Assembly (NCBI GenBank): GCA_029880265.1 | Contig: JAOUOT010000010.1 | Span: 10,761-74,760, forward strand | Length of the DNA: 64,000 nucleotides | Reading direction: 5' to 3' | Source of the DNA: Spirochaetia bacterium | GTDB lineage: Bacteria > Spirochaetota > Leptospiria > Turneriellales > JAOUOS01 | Part shown: positions 57,713 through 64,000 of the stretch, piece after piece | Layout of the letters: each line of letters opens with the position of its first letter | Position numbering within the stretch: the first letter of the stretch is position 1 | Program-made: the position numbers and the translations under genes | Notes under the pieces: generated by a model | Seen by the model: only the letters and a program-made list of their open reading frames with translations | Told to the model about the DNA's origin: nothing | Database searches by the model: none

Positions 57713-57786
57713 TGGGCCCACCAGGACTCGAACCTGGGACCAACGGATTATGAGTCCGTCGCTCTAACCAACTGAGCTATAGGCCC
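57713..57786 (-). tRNA. tRNA with CAT anticodon, most likely tRNA-Ile2 (lysidine); CCA not encoded
   Basis: GGGCCTATAGCTCAGTTGGTTAGAGCGACGGACTCATAATCCGTTGGTCCCAGGTTCGAGTCCTGGTGGGCCCA. It has a G1-C72 pair and lacks the fMet triple G-C anticodon stem. Confidence 0.95.
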
Positions 57787-57923
57787 TTTTGTTTTATATG
57801 CAAGCAATAAATTACTTGTATATATGGAATGTTTTGAACAAGAAGACAGCGCGTCAATTTTAAAATGTTAAATTCTATAAAGGTTGACGGCATGACCCGC
57901 AAATCTTGTGTTGAAATTAGAAA

Positions 57924-59693
57924 ATGGCGAAAGAAAAAAAAAATAATACGAAAAATGAGAATGTGCCCGAAAAAACCGGCGCAAAAATTGTGATTGATAC
58001 GCTTTTAGAAAACGGGGTAAAAGACTGTTTTGGCTACCCTGGCGGGGCCATATTGCGCGTATATGATACTATATTTCATACTTCAGAATTAAAGCACTAT
58101 CTGGTAAGGCACGAACAGGGCGCGGTTCACGCGGCCGAAGGCTATGCCAGAGCTACGGGAAAGCTGGGCGTTTTAATCACCACGTCGGGCCCGGGGGCCA
58201 CGAATATCATGACGGGCCTGGCCGACGCAAAGATGGATTCTACTCCCATTCTTGCGATAACCGGTCAGGTCGGCACCTACGAGATAGGCACAGACGCCTT
58301 TCAAGAAGTCGATACCTACGGTATGACTATACCCATTACAAAATATAACGCTCTTTTAAAATCGCCCGATGACGCGGCAAGGGTCACAAAAGAAGCGATT
58401 GCCGTCGCCTTATCGGGCAGGCCGGGGCCTTCTTTGATTGATTTTCCTAAAGACGTGCAAAATGGTTTAAGCTCAAATTATAAAGACGTAAAAATGCGCA
58501 TACCGGCGTTTCATGTAGAAAAACCCGAAATTAGCGGCAGTGTTGACGAAATTATAAACGCTATCAACCGGTCGGCGAAACCGGTTTTATATGTAGGCGG
58601 CGGGGCGGTTATATCAAACGCTTCAAGAAATATTATAGAACTTGCCGAAAAAGCGCAAATTCCGGTGGTTTCTACCTTGACGGGTTTGGGAGCTTTTCCC
58701 GGCGATCATAAATTAAGCCTTGGAATGCTCGGCATGCACGGCACGGCCTATGCCAACAAAGCGGTTATGGAATGCGATTTTATTCTATCGCTTGGCGCCC
58801 GCTTTGACGATCGGGTGGCCACCAATACCGAAGATTTTGCTAAAAATGCTATAAAGGCGCAAATTGATATTGATTCCGCAGAAATCGAAAAAAGGGTCAA
58901 CGTAGATTTTTTTATATCGGGCGATTTAAACGACGTTTTACAGAAGATTAACCCTCAGATAGAAAGCGTTTCAAAAAGCCCGTGGGCCGAACATGTTCAA
59001 AAATTAAAAATCGCTCATCCTCTGGCGTTTGACGAGGGCGGCTCAGAAATTAAGCCCCAGCAGTTGATTTATGAACTGTGGAAGAAAACAAAAGGCGAGG
59101 CGGTTATTGTAACAGACGTGGGCCAGCATCAGATGTGGACGGCGCAGTTTTATCCGGTAAAACATCCGCGTCAGTTTATCTGCTCTTCGGGGCTAGGAAC
59201 AATGGGCTACGGGCTGCCGGCTGCCATTGGGGCGAAAGTAGGCGTTCCCGATAAAGACGTTATTTTAATTTCTGGCGATGGCTCTATTCAAATGAATATA
59301 CAAGAGTTGGGCACGGCTAAAATGTATAATATACCGGTTAAAATTATTCTTTTTAATAACGGTTATCTGGGGATGGTCAGACAGTGGCAGGAGCTTTTCT
59401 TTGAAGAAAGGTATTCTCATTCAACCATGAGCGGCAACCCAGACTTTATTAAACTGGCCGCGGCTTACGATATACCCGGCAAAACAATTGTCTCAAAAAA
59501 AGAAATAGAAGAAGGCTTGAGTTTCCTTTTAAGTTCAAAAGGCCCTTGCCTGCTCGAAGTAAGCATCCCATGGGAAGAAAAAGTTTTTCCGATGATTCCG
59601 GCGGGTAGAAACTATGAAAATATGATTGAATATGAACATAAAAAAGACAAAGGAAGCCTGGTGTCAATCATACCGCATAATCCGCAAAAATGA
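57924..59693 (+). CDS. ilvB: Acetolactate synthase large subunit
   Basis: [51 protein letters not shown]. Confidence 0.97.
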   Translation: MAKEKKNNTKNENVPEKTGAKIVIDTLLENGVKDCFGYPGGAILRVYDTIFHTSELKHYLVRHEQGAVHAAEGYARATGKLGVLITTSGPGATNIMTGLADAKMDSTPILAITGQVGTYEIGTDAFQEVDTYGMTIPITKYNALLKSPDDAARVTKEAIAVALSGRPGPSLIDFPKDVQNGLSSNYKDVKMRIPAFHVEKPEISGSVDEIINAINRSAKPVLYVGGGAVISNASRNIIELAEKAQIPVVSTLTGLGAFPGDHKLSLGMLGMHGTAYANKAVMECDFILSLGARFDDRVATNTEDFAKNAIKAQIDIDSAEIEKRVNVDFFISGDLNDVLQKINPQIESVSKSPWAEHVQKLKIAHPLAFDEGGSEIKPQQLIYELWKKTKGEAVIVTDVGQHQMWTAQFYPVKHPRQFICSSGLGTMGYGLPAAIGAKVGVPDKDVILISGDGSIQMNIQELGTAKMYNIPVKIILFNNGYLGMVRQWQELFFEERYSHSTMSGNPDFIKLAAAYDIPGKTIVSKKEIEEGLSFLLSSKGPCLLEVSIPWEEKVFPMIPAGRNYENMIEYEHKKDKGSLVSIIPHNPQK

Positions 59694-59710
59694 GAAAATA
59701 GGAGAAAAAT

Positions 59711-60223
59711 TTGAAGCATTTACTTTCAGTTCTTGTCAGAAATCATTACGGGGTTTTATCTCATGTCTCGGGTCTTTTTACCCGCCGGGGATACAATATT
59801 GATTCGCTTTCTGTAGGCGAGACCGATAACCCTGAATATTCTATTATCACGATGGTTGTAAACGAAGAGCCGAAAATGGTCAGACAAATTGAAAAACAGC
59901 TTTATAAGCTTGTCGATGTCATTAAAATTGAAGATTTAACGCAGAAAGAATCTTTGCAAAGAGAGCTCGTCGTATTAACTGTCGAGACCAACCGCGCCAA
60001 CCGTCAGGAGATTTTGGCTCTGGTCGAAGTTTTTAAGGGAATTATTGTCGATATGACAGATAGCGCCGTTATGATTGAGATGAGCAGCAACCCAAGGCGC
60101 ATTGAAACTTTTATTAAAGTCTTTTCAGAATACAATATCATGCAAATAGCCAGAACGGGAACAATTGCCCTTGAATTTCCTTCGGGCCGCTCTCGAAAAG
60201 AAAACTCTAAAGAATCTAAGTAA
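59711..60223 (+). CDS. ilvN: Acetolactate synthase small subunit
   Basis: LVRNHYGVL..VSGLFTRRGYNIDSL, KQLYKLVDV, ARTG. Confidence 0.96.
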   Translation: MKHLLSVLVRNHYGVLSHVSGLFTRRGYNIDSLSVGETDNPEYSIITMVVNEEPKMVRQIEKQLYKLVDVIKIEDLTQKESLQRELVVLTVETNRANRQEILALVEVFKGIIVDMTDSAVMIEMSSNPRRIETFIKVFSEYNIMQIARTGTIALEFPSGRSRKENSKESK

Positions 60224-60232
60224 ACTTAAACA

Positions 60233-61420
60233 ATGAAAGGCGTTTTTACAAAAAGATATCTTTTCATTTGGCTTCTTTTAAATTTTTCTTTATTTTTTTT
60301 TTGCTCTCCCTCTACCGAAGATTATATCTTAAAAGCCAAGACAGAACTTGCAAAAGAAAACAGTATAAATGCGTTTCGCTACTTTCAAAAGGCCTATGAG
60401 TCTTCGTTGCCCGACGAGTATTTTCTTTTAGACAGAGATCGCTCTTTTTCTACATTTGCCTTATCTGCAAAAAGAGAACATGCTATTTTTCTTGAAGAAA
60501 AAGAAAATAAGAAGGGTAAAATAAATCAATTTGAAATTATTGACTTTGTAAACGACGAAAGATTTGGCGCAGAAATTAAAGGAGAAGTTTATTCTTTATC
60601 CCTTTCTCCTTCGGGCAAATATGCCGTTTTTTTGACTGATCCCGACGCAAATAAAAATTTAATGTTAAAAAGTACAGTAGAAAATGAAAACGAAGACGAT
60701 GAAAAAAAATGCGCCATTTTAATATGGGATATCGCTAAAGAAGAATATCATCCCATAGAAAACCTGCCTCTTAATTGCCGCGAAAAGCCCGCTGTTTCAG
60801 ATTTTGGACTGATTTTGTTTGTTCAAGACGAAAAAATAATGGCTTATGATATTAAGAAAAATCCCTATGTTCGCCAATATATTGAAAATTCTTTAGATAA
60901 GACCTTAAATGATATTACAAATTTAGGAAGCGTGTTTTACTCTGCGTCAAATACTCCCTACCTTCTATATGGAAATTTCGGAACATACACCCTTTATAGC
61001 ATTAAAGATAAGAACATTCAAAAAATTACAGACAAAGCTTCTTTTAATAAAGTATATTTTCTTGTCTCAGAAGAACATATCGGCGTGTTTACGGGCGGGG
61101 CCTCAGAGCATAAAATTGATTTTTTCAGCAATGACTCAAAGAATTCGTTATATCAAATTGAAACCCAAAGCTGGAAAGACGCCGCGTTTATATCGCCCGA
61201 ACATTATTATTTCTTAAAAAAGAACAGGCTGGTTGAAGCCAAAAACGCAGGAATCGCCGAAATTCCGTTTTGGGCGACTAAAATATACGCCGGCAAATCG
61301 ACGGAAATTTATTTCTTATCGTCTTTGGGCACGGCCATGAAATATGCCGGTAAAAAGCCTCCCCCTGACAGCGTTGTAATTTTTAAAACGGCAAACGAGC
61401 TTGACGAAATAGGAGACTGA
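60233..61420 (+). CDS. Hypothetical lipoprotein (possible beta-propeller)
   Basis: Signal peptide ending FFFC. LSLSPSGKYAVF and ILIWDI are propeller-like strands. Confidence 0.65.
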   Translation: MKGVFTKRYLFIWLLLNFSLFFFCSPSTEDYILKAKTELAKENSINAFRYFQKAYESSLPDEYFLLDRDRSFSTFALSAKREHAIFLEEKENKKGKINQFEIIDFVNDERFGAEIKGEVYSLSLSPSGKYAVFLTDPDANKNLMLKSTVENENEDDEKKCAILIWDIAKEEYHPIENLPLNCREKPAVSDFGLILFVQDEKIMAYDIKKNPYVRQYIENSLDKTLNDITNLGSVFYSASNTPYLLYGNFGTYTLYSIKDKNIQKITDKASFNKVYFLVSEEHIGVFTGGASEHKIDFFSNDSKNSLYQIETQSWKDAAFISPEHYYFLKKNRLVEAKNAGIAEIPFWATKIYAGKSTEIYFLSSLGTAMKYAGKKPPPDSVVIFKTANELDEIGD

Positions 61421-61479
61421 AATTAAAAGAAAAAGTCTTTACACGGCGACTTAATTTTGAATTTCTACAGGTTTTCTTT

Positions 61480-63135
61480 ATGACTTTTATATTTTTTGCG
61501 CTAATATTAATTTCAGCCATACTCTATCTTGTGTTCTCTTTATCAGAGGGTTACGGGTATAATCTGTTGCACGAAAGGGCATCAGGCGGCGAAAAAATAA
61601 CCGACGACGAAAAAAAACTGGAATCTTTGCAAGATACAATTCAAAGTACGCGTCTGGCCCTTAGAGATTTAGACCTTGAGCATAAAATAGGCAAAATATC
61701 GTCTGAAGATTTTGACGCCTTAAAAAAAGAAATGCTATCAGACTGGGCAAAAGTAGAAGAAGAATATAACGCGTTATTAAAGAAAAATCCGGGTTATAAA
61801 AAAGTAAAATCTGATAAAAAAGAAAAAGCAGGCGAATCAACTAAAAAGACGAAGCAAGAGCAATCGGCGAAGTTTTGCCCGTCATGCGGCGGCGAAATAA
61901 GCAATCCGCTAAAAGATAAATTCTGTAGTTTTTGCGGAAAACCGTTTAAAAAGAATAAAGGCCTTAAAAGCGCGGCAATTATATTATTTTCTTTTGCCTT
62001 TTTATCGGCAAGACCCGCTTCTGCCGTTGAGTTATCGATTGAAATTATAAACGAAACTAAAAAGTCAGCGGGGTCGGCTGAAGAGCTGCATATTTATAAA
62101 ATAGGAAACGATCTGGTTTTGGCCGAAACCAAAAAAAACGCAGGTTCTTCTTATGAAAATAAGAATATTCAGATGAATAACTCTACAGGTTTTTTAATTC
62201 ATGCCGTTTACAAAAAAAATTCATATTTTAAGATTCTATCATATAAGGGCGAAAAATCGCTAAAAACAAAACTTTCAGTTTACGATGAAACCTCTGCATT
62301 TTCGACGCAGATTGTTACAAGAAGCATGTATGATATGCGTTATGTTAACGACAGTATCGTGGTTCACGCTCTCTATAGTTTTGAAAATAAGTCAAATAAA
62401 GCATTTTCAGAAAAAGACGGGGGGCTTATTGTTTATATACCGCCTGAAATTAAAAATCCTGGGGCGGCCATAAGCATTGAAAACGACGAAGCTTCATTTG
62501 AATGGCAGTCTGTTGAGATTTTACCCGATAACAGAGAACCGGGAAGATACCGTCTTCCTGTAGGCTCAAAGCCGGGGGTTCAATATATAAGGTTATTTTA
62601 TACTTTACCATATCAAAGCAAAAACGCTTCTTTGAATTTAAAACATTATTACAGACAATCGATGCCGGTTGAGTTTTCCATAGAGCCGAATAACGTAAAT
62701 GTAAGAATTAAAGAAATACCCGACTGGAAGCCAAACTGGAAAAAGGCCGAAGCCGAGGGTCAAACTTCTCTGCCTTTGCCCGTTATCGAAAAAACTGTAA
62801 CGCTGCTTTTTTCAGGGGGTACGCCTGCTCAAATTCAACAAGAAAAAGCCGCGAGTCGTCCCGCTGCAGACCAGCAGGTTTATGCGGTATCGCCATTTAC
62901 GGCGCTTGAAAAATTATTCTTATCTGTTTTTTCGGTTTTATTGTTTTTTGTTTTACTGACATATCTGCGGCAAAAACCCCTCTGGCTAAAGAGTATCTGG
63001 CTAAAACGAAAAGAAAAACTTATGAGTAAAATTAAAACCGCCGATGCGCTGCCTCTTTCTGATGAAGAAAAAGAAAAATTAAAAAGTAAACTCAATAATC
63101 GTCTTGAATTAATCAACCATCGCTTGAACAATTAG
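61480..63135 (+). CDS. CcmI-like/zinc-ribbon membrane protein fused to an exported domain, upstream of ccmA
   Basis: TM plus LRDLDLEHKIGKISSEDF, CPSCG..FCSFCG, an internal signal-like segment and a C-terminal TM. Confidence 0.6.
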   Translation: MTFIFFALILISAILYLVFSLSEGYGYNLLHERASGGEKITDDEKKLESLQDTIQSTRLALRDLDLEHKIGKISSEDFDALKKEMLSDWAKVEEEYNALLKKNPGYKKVKSDKKEKAGESTKKTKQEQSAKFCPSCGGEISNPLKDKFCSFCGKPFKKNKGLKSAAIILFSFAFLSARPASAVELSIEIINETKKSAGSAEELHIYKIGNDLVLAETKKNAGSSYENKNIQMNNSTGFLIHAVYKKNSYFKILSYKGEKSLKTKLSVYDETSAFSTQIVTRSMYDMRYVNDSIVVHALYSFENKSNKAFSEKDGGLIVYIPPEIKNPGAAISIENDEASFEWQSVEILPDNREPGRYRLPVGSKPGVQYIRLFYTLPYQSKNASLNLKHYYRQSMPVEFSIEPNNVNVRIKEIPDWKPNWKKAEAEGQTSLPLPVIEKTVTLLFSGGTPAQIQQEKAASRPAADQQVYAVSPFTALEKLFLSVFSVLLFFVLLTYLRQKPLWLKSIWLKRKEKLMSKIKTADALPLSDEEKEKLKSKLNNRLELINHRLNN

Positions 63136-63144
63136 GTATAAAAG

Positions 63145-63888
63145 ATGTCCCTGAAAAAAACATCGGGAAAGAAAATCGGCGCAAAAACCCATGAAAAACT
63201 GATAAGTTTTCAAAATTTAGGCAAACAGTTTGATTACCGGTGGGCCGTCAGAAAGGCTTCGGGAGAAATAATGAATAATGAATATATTTCTCTTTTGGGC
63301 CCTAACGGAGCTGGAAAAACTACCCTTCTTCACTTGTTAACACGTTTATACAAAGCTCATGAGGGCATCGTAAACTACGACGGATTTAAAAGTCTTCAGC
63401 ATTTTTACGGCGAGATGGATTTATTGAGCCACCATAGCATGTTTTACCCGAGGCTTTCTGCCGAAGAAAATTTGAATTTTTTTTTAAGATTAAGGCCCGA
63501 TAGAGAAATTCATGAAAATATTAAATATTCATTAGACTATACGGGGCTTACGCATGTTAAAAGAAAGAAAGCCGACGGCTTTTCAAGAGGCATGCTGCAA
63601 AGGCTTTCTCTGGCAAGATTTATTGCCGCTCGTCCCTCAATGGTTTTTTTAGACGAGCCGTTTACGGGGCTTGATTTGGCGGGGCAGAGAATGCTTTATA
63701 ATATCTTAAAAGAAAGAGGCATTCCAGAATTAAACTGGAAAATTAAAAGCTTTATTTTAGTCGATCATGATTATAAAAGAGCCTATGAGCTTTCAGAACT
63801 CTTTTGGCTCGTGTCAAAAGGAACATTGCAGAAAAAAACAACTAAAAAAGACCTTTCTTACGCAAATCTGGAGAAAAACCTTATATGA
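63145..63888 (+). CDS. ccmA: Haem export ABC ATPase CcmA-like
   Basis: GPNGAGKTT, LSAEENL.FF, FSRGMLQR, LDEPFTGLD. Context supports the call. Confidence 0.8.
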   Translation: MSLKKTSGKKIGAKTHEKLISFQNLGKQFDYRWAVRKASGEIMNNEYISLLGPNGAGKTTLLHLLTRLYKAHEGIVNYDGFKSLQHFYGEMDLLSHHSMFYPRLSAEENLNFFLRLRPDREIHENIKYSLDYTGLTHVKRKKADGFSRGMLQRLSLARFIAARPSMVFLDEPFTGLDLAGQRMLYNILKERGIPELNWKIKSFILVDHDYKRAYELSELFWLVSKGTLQKKTTKKDLSYANLEKNLI

Positions 63889-64000
63889 GAATCTTTTATA
63901 ATGTTTTTAAGAAAGAGTTAAACCTGCTTTTTAAGGGCACGGGTTTTATATGGCTTTCTTTTGTTTTTTCAGTAGGCCTTTTTACGTTATTTCGATTTAC
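63885..64000 (+). CDS. ccmB: CcmB-like permease, 5' part (runs off the window)
   Basis: ATGA overlap with ccmA. MRIFYNVFKKELNLLFKGTGFIWLSFVFSVGLFTLFRF. Confidence 0.6.
   Translation, partial: MRIFYNVFKKELNLLFKGTGFIWLSFVFSVGLFTLFRF

Noticed and set aside
57570-57767. 65-aa plus-strand ORF and the 57721 start for epmA
   Set aside because: Both overlap the tRNA gene. ATG 57709 is the plausible epmA start.

Overview
AT-rich, gene-dense bacterial chromosomal window, most likely from a Leptospirales-type spirochaete. The taxonomic clues are an FcpB-like flagellar sheath protein, a giant SpiroCoCo-type coiled-coil next to recG, a C-terminally extended L34 and spirochaete-type lipoproteins. Most of the window is housekeeping and signalling: a diguanylate cyclase, truA, alr, thrC, dgt, lepB, rpmH-rnpA-yidD, nrdJ, a TrkA/CPA2 pair, recG, prmC, nrnA, a two-component/ABC operon, an AddB-like nuclease, a cobalamin-riboswitch-led cobC-cobU-cobT-cobS operon, tRNA-Ile2(CAT)-epmA, ilvBN and the start of a ccm operon. 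Two regions stand out. (1) 20.9-24.2 kb holds four type II toxin-antitoxin modules, three with internally deleted toxins but open partner genes. They are interleaved with structured repeats, including two copies of a multi-hairpin element with compensatory changes and a mini-motif that sits in different hairpin loops. (2) 31.9-32.2 kb is a GC-richer intergenic stretch folding into two long irregular hairpins, a 6S-like or novel ncRNA candidate upstream of a 54-aa ORF. No integrase, transposase, RT, Cas gene or CRISPR array was seen. All family calls are from motif recognition, not database searches.
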